Below, one piece after another: positions 1 through 8,041 of a stretch of 40,363 nt of DNA. Under the pieces are notes generated by a model. The model saw only the letters and a list, made by a program, of their open reading frames with translations. It searched no databases and was not told the DNA's origin. The translations under genes were made by a program, and so were the position numbers. Location: positions 1 to 40,363 of the forward strand of contig CAYLOA010000009.1 in NCBI GenBank assembly GCA_964385185.1, in the 5' to 3' direction. The DNA is from an uncultured Methanosarcinales archaeon. Its GTDB lineage: Archaea > Nanobdellota > Nanobdellia > Woesearchaeales > CALCXY01. Position 1 is the stretch's first letter; each line of letters begins with the position of its first letter.

Positions 1-3
1 TAA

Positions 4-276
4 CAGACCTTATCTCCTGAGTTTCAAGCTCAGTTGCAAGGATTCTTAGGTGCTAGTGCAGCAGCAAATGCAGAACTACAGAGAATACAAGGTGACCCAT
101 ATGCTATGGAACAAGAGCAGATGAGAAGGTTTGATGCTTTTAATGCTGATAGAGATAGAAGGAATCAACAACAAGCAGACGAGTTAGCTTTCGCACAAGG
201 TATCGGAGGAACTCAAGAATACTATAGAAACTTATCTTTGGGTGAACCATCTGTGGGGATACAACTCACTACTTGA
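4..276 (+). other. Foreign-looking Gln/Ala-rich ORF fragment, possibly a phage virion protein; may be a chimeric contig end
   Basis: Open frame QTLSPEFQAQLQGFLGASAAANAELQRIQ...NQQQADELAFAQG. Composition differs from the rest of the window, and it overlaps the 3' end of the minus-strand gene convergently. Confidence 0.3.
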
Positions 277-476
277 CCTACTTGTTTAGATGAATCTTGA
301 AACACTCCCGTATTGTCGCAAATAAATTCTCTGCCTAATTCTTTATGGACAAATCCGCAAGGGAGATCTCCTTCTTGACATTGTAATGTAAGATCTGCAG
401 GGATTGCTCCTGATGAGGTAGCAAAAGCTAAGATTAGAATAATAGTTATGCAACTAAGCAAACCTCTTTTCCACAT
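222..476 (-). CDS. Secreted Cys-containing protein, probably truncated
   Basis: ATG at 476, signal peptide MWKRGLLSCITIILILAFATSSGA, 4 further Cys, BRE/TATA-like GAAACCTTTTTATAA upstream (499-513). Confidence 0.55.
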   Translation of the reverse strand: MWKRGLLSCITIILILAFATSSGAIPADLTLQCQEGDLPCGFVHKELGREFICDNTGVFQDSSKQVGQVVSCIPTDGSPKDKFL

Positions 477-561
477 TACCTTGAATTTAAGGATGGGATT
501 ATAAAAAGGTTTCTGAGATAATCGTGTTAATGTCACCCTGTTTTTGTGTCTTTCGTTGGAG

Positions 562-602
562 GCACTACTACTACCGGCACACACAGTGTGCAGTAGTAGT
601 GC
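562..602 (+). repeat. Intergenic hairpin with C-ACA-G loop (copy 1)
   Basis: GCACTACTACT/AGTAGTAGTGC outer stem plus GCACAC-ACA-GTGTGC inner stem. Confidence 0.75.
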
Positions 603-726
603 ATATTGTGTGGTCTTTTAAATTATTATTAGTTCCATGATTTTTATTAGTGTTTTATTTTTTCTATATGGAAAATAATTATATGTTGGAATAACTATAT
701 ATAGGTGGAAATAAACTTCAGAAGTG

Positions 727-2247
727 ATGGATTTGCGAAGTATTGTGAAAAAATTACATCCTCTGGAGAGGAGTGTGGTACCGACCTTAGGGGAATGCAA
801 AACGGTCGAGGAGATTCAAGAGAAAACTAATCTTCAAGAGATAGAAGTAATTAGAGCCTTGCAGTGGTTAGGAAATAAAAAAATAGTAGAATTGGATAGT
901 GCTGAAGATGAAGTTATTGATGTTGACATTAATGGGAAGGCTGCATTAAAAGATGGTTTACCTGAGAAAAAATTATTGGCTGTGTTAAAGAGTTCTATTG
1001 TATTAGATCAGGCAGTTCAAAAGTCTGGATTAAGTCGAGAAGAGTTTAATATTGCTTTAGGTGTGTTAAAACGAAAAGCTGCTTTGTTTATTACTAAAGA
1101 AAAAGATATCGTGCTCAAACTTATGCCTGCCGGTAAAGCTATGTTAAAGCAAGCGTTGCCTGAAGAAGAATTTTTGGCAAATTTGCCTAAAAAAATTGAG
1201 GATTTGGATAAAGATGAGAAAAATCTGTTAAAAGATTTGAAGAAGCGGAAGAATCTTGTTAAAACGATTACTACCAAGAGGAAAACCTTTGTGTTAACTG
1301 ATCTTGGTAAGGAGCTTATTGAGAGTGATTTAGAGGTTGAGGGTATTATAGATAGTCTTACGAGTCAGATTCTTAAAGAGAAGAGTTGGAAGAACAAAAC
1401 ATTTAGAGAATATGATGTTACTATTAATGTCCCTAAGATTTATGGCGGAAAAAGACATATCGTCAGTCAAGCTATTGAATACATTAAAAAAATCTGGATA
1501 GAGATGGGCTTTGAAGAACAGAGTGGAGGGTTCGTTCAGACTTCCTTTTGGGATTTAGATGCACTGTTCGTTCCCCAAGATCATCCTGCTCGAGCTATGC
1601 AAGATACTTTTTACATTAAAGATCCTGCAATGGGAAAATTACCTGCGTTAGCTAAGAAAGTAAAATCTTCACATGAAGGTGGTGTTGCAGGAAGTACAGG
1701 ATGGGGCGGAAATTGGAGTGAGGAAGTAGCTAAAAAGAATCTATTAATTACTCACGATACTTATTTGAGTGCCAAAGTGTTGGCCAATTTAAAACCTGAA
1801 GATATTCCTAAAAAAACGTTTCAAGTGATGAAAGTTTTTAGAAATGAAGTTCTTGATTGGAAACATCTTTTTGAATTTTACCAGATTGGTGGGATTGTTG
1901 TAGATGAAGATGCTAACTTTCGAAACTTGTTGGGCTATTTGAAACAATTCTTTAGAAAAATGGGTTACAAAGATGTTCGGCTTAGGCCTGCACATTTTCC
2001 TTATACAGAACCTAGTTGTGAGATTGAGGTATTTCATCCGATCAAAAAGCAATGGGTGGAATTAGGAGGATCTGGAATTTTTAGACCTGAATTGGTGAAG
2101 CCACTTCTTGGGAAAGATGTTCCTGTTTTGGCTTGGGGATTAGGTCTTGAAAGGATTTTAACTGACTATTATGAGATTAACGATTTACGTGAAATTTATG
2201 CTAATGATATTAAGCAATTAAAAGAATGGAAGACATTTATGAAATGA
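727..2247 (+). CDS. pheS: Phenylalanine--tRNA ligase alpha subunit (archaeal type)
   Basis: N-terminal winged-helix extension, FWDLDALFVPQDHPARAMQDTFY, VFRNE, FPYTEPS, GSGIFRPE, AWGLGLER; adjacent to pheT. Alternative GTG start at 724. Confidence 0.97.
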   Translation: MDLRSIVKKLHPLERSVVPTLGECKTVEEIQEKTNLQEIEVIRALQWLGNKKIVELDSAEDEVIDVDINGKAALKDGLPEKKLLAVLKSSIVLDQAVQKSGLSREEFNIALGVLKRKAALFITKEKDIVLKLMPAGKAMLKQALPEEEFLANLPKKIEDLDKDEKNLLKDLKKRKNLVKTITTKRKTFVLTDLGKELIESDLEVEGIIDSLTSQILKEKSWKNKTFREYDVTINVPKIYGGKRHIVSQAIEYIKKIWIEMGFEEQSGGFVQTSFWDLDALFVPQDHPARAMQDTFYIKDPAMGKLPALAKKVKSSHEGGVAGSTGWGGNWSEEVAKKNLLITHDTYLSAKVLANLKPEDIPKKTFQVMKVFRNEVLDWKHLFEFYQIGGIVVDEDANFRNLLGYLKQFFRKMGYKDVRLRPAHFPYTEPSCEIEVFHPIKKQWVELGGSGIFRPELVKPLLGKDVPVLAWGLGLERILTDYYEINDLREIYANDIKQLKEWKTFMK

Positions 2248-2260
2248 TTGGGAGAAGAAA

Positions 2261-3919
2261 ATGCCAACTGTAACACTGAATAAAAATGTTGTAGAGAAGA
2301 TGATTGGTAAGAAATTATCTTTGGAGAAGCTTAAAGATAGGATTTCCTATTTGGGAACCGATTTAGAAGATATTGATGGCAATGAGATTACAGTTGAAGT
2401 ATTTCCTAACAGACCTGATCTGTTATCAGAACAAGGATTAGGTCGGGCTTTAGCTAGTTTTTGCGGTGGGAAAAAAGGATTAAAGAAATATGATGTGAAG
2501 CCTTCAGGAGAGAAACTTATTGTTGAAAAAGCTGTTAAAAAAGTTCGTCCGTTTACTTCTTGTGCCATCGTTAAAGGATTAAAATTAGATGATGAGAAGA
2601 TTAAGGAAATCATGCAGATTCAAGAGAAATTACATATCAGCTATGGTCGAAAACGGAAGAAAGTTGCTATTGGTATCTATCCCATGGAAGCAATTGCAAT
2701 GCCTATTACGTATACTGCTATGCCTCCTAAAGAGATTGTCTTTAGACCACTCGAAGGAGATAGGGAGATGAATGCTTTGCAGATGTTAGAAGAACATCCT
2801 GCTGGTAGAACGTATGGTCATTTACTTGAAGGATTGGATACGTTTCCTGTCTTTTTAGATAGTGAAGGGAAGGTTTTGAGTGTTCCTCCTATTATTAATT
2901 CGCATGAGACTGGAAAAATTGTTGAGGAGACAACAGATGTATTTGTGGAGACGAGTGGCCATGATTTTGATGTGGTTAGTAGATGTTTGAATATGATTGT
3001 CTGTTGTCTAGCAGATATGGGGGGAAAGATTTTTTCTATGCAACTTATGGATGGTGGGAAAAAAGAGAGTCCTGATTTGAGTCCTCACGAGATGGAACTT
3101 GATGTTGAGTATGTGAATCAACGATTAGGTTTGGAATTGAAAGAAGGAGATGTTAAAAGTTTATTAGAGAAAATGGGCTATGGAGTGAATGGCAAGAAAG
3201 TGTTAGTTCCTGCGTATAGATGTGATGTTTTACATCAAGTTGATCTTATTGAAGATATTGCAATAGCTTACGGTTATGAGCATTTTGAAGAAGAGATTCC
3301 TCATGTTGCCACGATAGGCTCTGAAGATGCATTTGGAAAGTTTGTGGGTAAAATTAGTACTTTATTGGTTGGTCTTGGATTGTTAGAAGCAAAAACCTAT
3401 CACTTAACGACTTCTGAAATGCAACGGACAAAAATGGATTGTGATATTCCTCTCATAGAGTTGGAGAATCCATCCACTCAGGAGTATGCTGTATGTAGAG
3501 GATGGGTTGTCCCTTCATTGATGGAAGTATTGATGGGAAATAAACACCACGAATATCCTCAGAAATTATTTGATGTGGGGAGCATCTTTCAAAAAGGTGG
3601 AAAAGAGGAGAGTGGGGTGGCAGAGTTTGTTCGACTTGGATTAGTGTTAGCAGAAGATCATATTGATTATACAAAAATTCGGCAGGTGTTGGATTATATT
3701 ATTAGAAGTATTGGTGCTGAGTATACTATTGAAGAAGTTAAGCATAATTCGTTTTTATCTGGTAGGGTTGGTCGTGTTGTAGTTGAAGGAGTTAAGGTAG
3801 GATATGTGGGTGAGATAAAACCTAAAGTGTTAGATAATTTTGGACTAGAAGTTCCTGTTGGAGCTTTAGAGATTAATTTGACAGAGTTGTTTAGTGTTTT
3901 GAATAAAGATAACGAATAG
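2261..3919 (+). CDS. pheT: Phenylalanine--tRNA ligase beta subunit
   Basis: MPTV start, PNRPDLLS, QEKLH...GRKRKKVAIG, SVPPIINS (B3/4), VPAYRCDVLHQVDLIEDIAIAYGY (B5). Confidence 0.97.
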   Translation: MPTVTLNKNVVEKMIGKKLSLEKLKDRISYLGTDLEDIDGNEITVEVFPNRPDLLSEQGLGRALASFCGGKKGLKKYDVKPSGEKLIVEKAVKKVRPFTSCAIVKGLKLDDEKIKEIMQIQEKLHISYGRKRKKVAIGIYPMEAIAMPITYTAMPPKEIVFRPLEGDREMNALQMLEEHPAGRTYGHLLEGLDTFPVFLDSEGKVLSVPPIINSHETGKIVEETTDVFVETSGHDFDVVSRCLNMIVCCLADMGGKIFSMQLMDGGKKESPDLSPHEMELDVEYVNQRLGLELKEGDVKSLLEKMGYGVNGKKVLVPAYRCDVLHQVDLIEDIAIAYGYEHFEEEIPHVATIGSEDAFGKFVGKISTLLVGLGLLEAKTYHLTTSEMQRTKMDCDIPLIELENPSTQEYAVCRGWVVPSLMEVLMGNKHHEYPQKLFDVGSIFQKGGKEESGVAEFVRLGLVLAEDHIDYTKIRQVLDYIIRSIGAEYTIEEVKHNSFLSGRVGRVVVEGVKVGYVGEIKPKVLDNFGLEVPVGALEINLTELFSVLNKDNE

Positions 3920-4071
3920 TCGCCACTCGACATTTGTCTCAGACCTAAATCTTAAGCTACGTTTAAGGGTTTGAGGTCTCGTAAGGATAGGCGACTTTTC
4001 GGAATTGTAAACTTCGTCTTAAATGAAAGGATATTGGACTCATCTCAAAAAAATCTGACGAAGTTTTCAAT
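3918..4071 (+). other. Two tandem stem-loop structures between convergent pheT and rpl14e
   Basis: AGTCGCC...GGCGACT encloses AGACCTAAATCTTAAGC-TAC-GTTTAAGGGTTTGAGGTCT; a second stem ATTGTAAACTTCGTC...GACGAAGTTTTCAAT follows. Confidence 0.6.
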
Positions 4072-4079
4072 AATTAGAA

Positions 4080-4445
4080 TTATTTCTTAGCTGGTGTTTT
4101 ATCTTTAGCTTCTTTTTTGACTTCTTTCTTTGCTGGTTTTTTATCTTCAGCTTGAGCTTTTTTGTTTACTTTCTGTTTCTTTGGTTGTTCTGCAGGTGAT
4201 TTTGGTTTAGTTTTAGTCACTTCAATGTTTAATGGTTTTAATGCTTTAGCGACATCATCAGATGATGCACCTTTAGAAATTTTAACGGTTTGATCTAATG
4301 GTTCAAGGTGTTTAGGGTTCACTGCTTTTCTTCTTGTTTGTCCATCGATGATGAGAAAGCCTTTATCTCCTGTGTCAACTACAACACATTTTTTACCTGC
4401 ATCTCTGCCGGCTATTTTAACTGCTAATCTTCCAATTTCAAACAT
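4080..4445 (-). CDS. rpl14e: 50S ribosomal protein L14e with Lys-rich C-terminal tail
   Basis: MFEIGRLAVKIAGRDAGKKCVVVD...RRKAVNPKHLEP KOW signature; follows rpl34e. Confidence 0.95.
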   Translation of the reverse strand: MFEIGRLAVKIAGRDAGKKCVVVDTGDKGFLIIDGQTRRKAVNPKHLEPLDQTVKISKGASSDDVAKALKPLNIEVTKTKPKSPAEQPKKQKVNKKAQAEDKKPAKKEVKKEAKDKTPAKK

Positions 4446-4716
4446 TTTCAACTACCCTTGCTTGTGCTTTAATTAATGATCTTGTACATGAAGAACACAT
4501 GTTGCCACCATATGGTCTTGCAACTGTTTTCTGTGATTTTGAAATATTTTGCATTTTTACAGGTCGTAATCTAGGAATTCCTTTTAGAGGAGATTTGCAT
4601 TTACTGCATTTAGCAATAGAAGGCTTTCGCTTTCTATATTGCATTTTAACTGCTCCTCCTGGAGCTTTTACTTTCACTCTTCTCAGAGTTCTTGACCTAA
4701 ACATACCTCTTGGCAT
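4438..4716 (-). CDS. rpl34e: 50S ribosomal protein L34e
   Basis: True start MPRGMFRSRTLRRV at 4716; CxxC and RPYGGNMCSSC zinc-binding motifs. Confidence 0.95.
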   Translation of the reverse strand: MPRGMFRSRTLRRVKVKAPGGAVKMQYRKRKPSIAKCSKCKSPLKGIPRLRPVKMQNISKSQKTVARPYGGNMCSSCTRSLIKAQARVVENV

Positions 4717-4736
4717 AGTAGATAGAGGTTCTGAGT

Positions 4737-4752
4737 TATTTATAAAGGTTTC
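4737..4752 (-). promoter_or_regulatory. Archaeal BRE/TATA promoter of rpl34e-rpl14e
   Basis: Minus-strand GAAACCTTTATAAATA ending about 20 bp upstream of the ATG. Confidence 0.6.
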
Positions 4753-4805
4753 TAATAAGATATTTTGTATTTTTTGATTGGGTATACAGGGTAAATTGAT
4801 GGAAT

Positions 4806-4848
4806 GGGACTCACAGAGTCCCGACTCTCGCAATCTTACGATTGCGAG
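4806..4848 (+). repeat. Intergenic double hairpin with C-ACA-G loop (copy 2)
   Basis: GGGACTC-ACA-GAGTCCC followed by CTCGCAATC-TTAC-GATTGCGAG. Confidence 0.75.
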
Positions 4849-4930
4849 TAGATAGCTTCGCTTGGGGTACTTAGTTTTCTTGTTATTGTTGCTGTAAACA
4901 TTTATAAACTGTTAATAACCTCATTATTAT

Positions 4931-5830
4931 ATGAGTTTCCAGTCATGTATATTGAAGTTACCAGAGAAGGTTGAGTACGATGAGGCGTTTGTTACTAGTT
5001 TTGAAGCTCGTGTTGAGAAAACTATCAAAGACTATGGTCTGCTTGATAAGAACGAGAAGCTTGTTGTTGCTGTGAGTGGTGGAAAAGATTCTACCGCACT
5101 TCTTTATTTGCTACATAAAATGGGGTATCCTGTTGAAGCAGTTACCGTTGATGCCAAGATTGGGTGTTATTCTGCTGAAAATTTGGAGGCTATCAAAGGT
5201 TTTTGTAAGAAATTAGATGTAGAGTTGCATACGATTAGTTTTCGAGATGAATTTGGCGGCAGTTTGTGCTATTTACAAGATGTTTTGAAAGAGAAAGGTG
5301 TAGATTTGAAAAGTTGTACCACCTGTGGAGTTTTGAGACGTCATTTGATTAGTGTTAAAGCGAAAGCTTTAGGTGCTGAACGGCTAATTATGGGTCATAA
5401 TATGGACGATGAAGTTCAGGCGTTAATGATGAATTTAATGAAAGGACATGTTGAGAAGTGTGGAAGTATGGGCCCTATTACTGGGAAGAAACATAATAAA
5501 CTCTTTGTTCCTCGAGTTAAACCTTTTTATTTTACTGCTGAGAAAGATATTGTTAAATATGTTAAGATGTTAGATCTTCCAGCGAAGATCGCTGTCTGTC
5601 CATGTGCATCAGGCGGAATGAGGTATGTATTACGTGATGCGCTTGCAGAATATGGTGAAGGGAATGAGAATTTTAAAGAAAATATTATGGAGTGGTATGT
5701 AGAGGTGCTTCCAAAGATTCGAGAGATACCTAGTGAAAAAGAATATGGCTTTTGTGCAAGTTGTGATGAGCCGAGTGCTCAGACTACTTGTAGAACATGT
5801 CAGATTGTGAGTGTGCTTCATGCCGAGTGA
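4931..5830 (+). CDS. TtuA/Ncs6/TtcA-family tRNA 2-thiolation protein
   Basis: PP-loop SGGKDS, CTTCGVLRR, GHNMDDE, CPC and C-terminal CASC...CRTC zinc finger. Confidence 0.9.
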   Translation: MSFQSCILKLPEKVEYDEAFVTSFEARVEKTIKDYGLLDKNEKLVVAVSGGKDSTALLYLLHKMGYPVEAVTVDAKIGCYSAENLEAIKGFCKKLDVELHTISFRDEFGGSLCYLQDVLKEKGVDLKSCTTCGVLRRHLISVKAKALGAERLIMGHNMDDEVQALMMNLMKGHVEKCGSMGPITGKKHNKLFVPRVKPFYFTAEKDIVKYVKMLDLPAKIAVCPCASGGMRYVLRDALAEYGEGNENFKENIMEWYVEVLPKIREIPSEKEYGFCASCDEPSAQTTCRTCQIVSVLHAE

Positions 5831-6380
5831 TATAGTTTTTCCTAAAAATAATGAGAAAGAATTTCTAGCTATGGCTGGGAAACTTGGATATGATAAGTTG
5901 ATTTTTGTGTATAGTGGAAAGCCTTCGAAAGTTGTGAGTTCAGATGTTAAGGTTTCTGTTGGAAAATTGAGTAACAAAAGAGGGGATGGAATTATTGTGA
6001 GTAAAGTTGATGGAGATGGTCGAACAATACTAGAACATGTAAAACCGTCCTTTGCTTTTGGCTTTGAATGGGAAAAGGTTGCAGATAAACATCATTATAG
6101 AAGTTCTGGGATGAATCAAGTTTTATGTAAGATTGCTGCAAAGAATGAGACACAGATTGTTGTACCTATTCGTGAGATTTTAAGTTTGAAGGGTCGTGAG
6201 AGAGCTCAGGTACTTGGTCGGGTTATGCAGAACGTTCGGATTTGTAAAAAGTATAAGGTGGGTGTGAAGTTGGCTAGTTTTGCTCATACTCCTTATCAGA
6301 TGAAAGGTGTAAAAGAATTGGCTAGTTTTGGAACTGTATTAGGTATGGATTCAAGTATGGTAAAGAAAGGTATTGAATAA
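5820..6380 (+). CDS. rnp3: Ribonuclease P protein subunit p30 (Rpp30)-like
   Basis: HYRSSGMNQVLCKIA, LGRVMQNVRICKKY, ASFAHTPYQM match the Rpp30 family. Start taken as ATG 5820. Confidence 0.8.
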   Translation: MPSDIVFPKNNEKEFLAMAGKLGYDKLIFVYSGKPSKVVSSDVKVSVGKLSNKRGDGIIVSKVDGDGRTILEHVKPSFAFGFEWEKVADKHHYRSSGMNQVLCKIAAKNETQIVVPIREILSLKGRERAQVLGRVMQNVRICKKYKVGVKLASFAHTPYQMKGVKELASFGTVLGMDSSMVKKGIE

Positions 6381-6399
6381 TTATTCTTTAGAAATTAAT

Positions 6400-6517
6400 A
6401 AAAATCCCAATCGCCCCAAGGGGCAGAGTATTACAATAGTTGGGATTTTCAAAGTTCATAAACACCTAATGTTTTTTATTAACCCAATCACTGCAAGCGG
6501 TAGGGTATTTATGAACT
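6400..6517 (-). other. Two tandem stem-loops downstream of TrmB (3' UTR or terminator-like)
   Basis: AAAATCCCAA...TTGGGATTTT enclosing GCCCC-AA-GGGGC, and AGTTCATAAACACC...GGTATTTATGAACT, next to a poly-A tract (poly-U on the minus strand). Confidence 0.55.
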
Positions 6518-6540
6518 AAAAAAAGAAAAGAAAAAAATAA

Positions 6541-7344
6541 TTACTTAGCTGTTTTCATGTCTTTCCAGGCAACATCGAACAATGTTTTTATAGCGTTTGC
6601 AAAGAATGGTGTGTTTATCCAGATTCCCAAATCGTATGTTGGGTGGACTTCTTTGTCGTCTAAAACCATAAAGATTAATTCTTTGCCATCTACAACACAA
6701 AATCGAGCTTTAGCATCTGTGTTTTTAACTGTAGCCACGTTTTCAATATCTTTAATAGTTGCAGCAGTTTCTTTTGTTAATGGTGCAGCAATCTTGATAT
6801 CTACTCCTCGCTTCTTTAGTTTTTCAAACACAGGTTTAAGACCTTCAATTTTTCTCATAAACCCTTGAGAAGTTGTCATGATAATAACTTCTTGCTCAGC
6901 ATTTCGAATCGTTAATTCGAGATGGTTGTAGAGATTGTGTCTTCCTCGTAATGATCCTGAGAGATCAGCTGGTTCAACAAGTTCAATACCTTGTGTATGT
7001 AGTGTGTTTAATTCTTGAAGAACATCTGTTCCTTTAAGTTCTTCTAATCTCTTAATTTTCACATCAGCTTCAGAACGCATGTTCTTTTTTACTCGCTCAA
7101 GCACTTCTGTTGGTGGAACTGCAATATATTTAATTGGTTTACCCAACTTCATAATTACAAATCCTTTTTTTTCCAAAGATTCTAGGACATCGTATGACCT
7201 TGATCTTGGAACATTTGCTATGTCAGAAAGCTCTCCAGCAGTTGAAACTCCCCTACTCAATAAGGCTGCCCATATCTTAACCTCATAGAGATTTAATGAG
7301 AAAAACCTCCGCAACTTTGATAAAAACTCTTCTTTTACTATCAT
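6541..7344 (-). CDS. TrmB-family transcriptional regulator / chromatin protein
   Basis: LNLYEVKIWAALL...TAGELSDIANVPRSRSYDVLESLEKKGF wHTH, coiled coil, PLD-like C-terminal domain (RFCVVDGKE). Confidence 0.92.
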   Translation of the reverse strand: MIVKEEFLSKLRRFFSLNLYEVKIWAALLSRGVSTAGELSDIANVPRSRSYDVLESLEKKGFVIMKLGKPIKYIAVPPTEVLERVKKNMRSEADVKIKRLEELKGTDVLQELNTLHTQGIELVEPADLSGSLRGRHNLYNHLELTIRNAEQEVIIMTTSQGFMRKIEGLKPVFEKLKKRGVDIKIAAPLTKETAATIKDIENVATVKNTDAKARFCVVDGKELIFMVLDDKEVHPTYDLGIWINTPFFANAIKTLFDVAWKDMKTAK

Positions 7345-7635
7345 TGTCCACCCCCCTGTACAATTAACTTTTACTATTGGTACAAGATAACCAGAGGGTA
7401 CTACTTTATAATGCTACGCATTATCACTACCCATCAGTAATTTCACTCTTGAGTAGTATTATTTTTTTAGTATTCTAAAATGGTAACACTATACCTTTTG
7501 ATCTATATTTATTATGGGTAACTAGTATATAAACATTTATTGGCTTGGATATATTATCTTTAGTGTAGAGTTCAGAAACGAGGGAATGAATATCTCCACA
7601 AAAGGTTTTTATATGTGGGTTCTGGGGAAGGGTGT

Positions 7636-8040
7636 ATGGGAAAAAAGTGGGGAATTTTAGTAGTTAGTTTACTTTTAGTACCTTTTGTAGTTGCTGCTGA
7701 AGTAGATATTAGTGAATCTATAGGTATGGTGGGTGAGCAGATTGCTCGTGTGCTTCAAAATGAGTATGCTGTTTTTTTGATTACGCTTATTGTGGGAACT
7801 ATCATGTTGCAAGGATTCGTTCGGACAGGATTGGAGAGAGTTCCTCATTTAGAAGCGAGTGGCCATACTAAATCTATTAGTTGGGCGCTGAGTATTATGA
7901 TTGTTTTGAGTTTTGTCTGGGGGAGTCGAAGTTCTGGAGTACAAGGATTAATGGATAATTTAGGAATCTTTAAGCCAATATTATTGGTGTTGATAGCTGT
8001 ATTAATATTTAAGGGGATAAAGAAGACGATGGGAAACTAA
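7636..8040 (+). CDS. Hypothetical membrane protein (signal peptide plus about 3 TM)
   Basis: MGKKWGILVVSLLLVPFVVA signal, three hydrophobic segments, G-rich RBS upstream. Confidence 0.8.
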   Translation: MGKKWGILVVSLLLVPFVVAAEVDISESIGMVGEQIARVLQNEYAVFLITLIVGTIMLQGFVRTGLERVPHLEASGHTKSISWALSIMIVLSFVWGSRSSGVQGLMDNLGIFKPILLVLIAVLIFKGIKKTMGN

Positions 8041-8041
8041 C

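Noticed and set aside
582..588. CACAGTG (RAG/Transib heptamer-like) here and at 38755
   Set aside because: It arises from the hairpin loop; there is no nonamer or transposase, and two other copies lack it.
4717..4833. N-terminal extension of L34e in the ORF track
   Set aside because: It overlaps the TATA box and hairpins; the family start is MPR at 4716.
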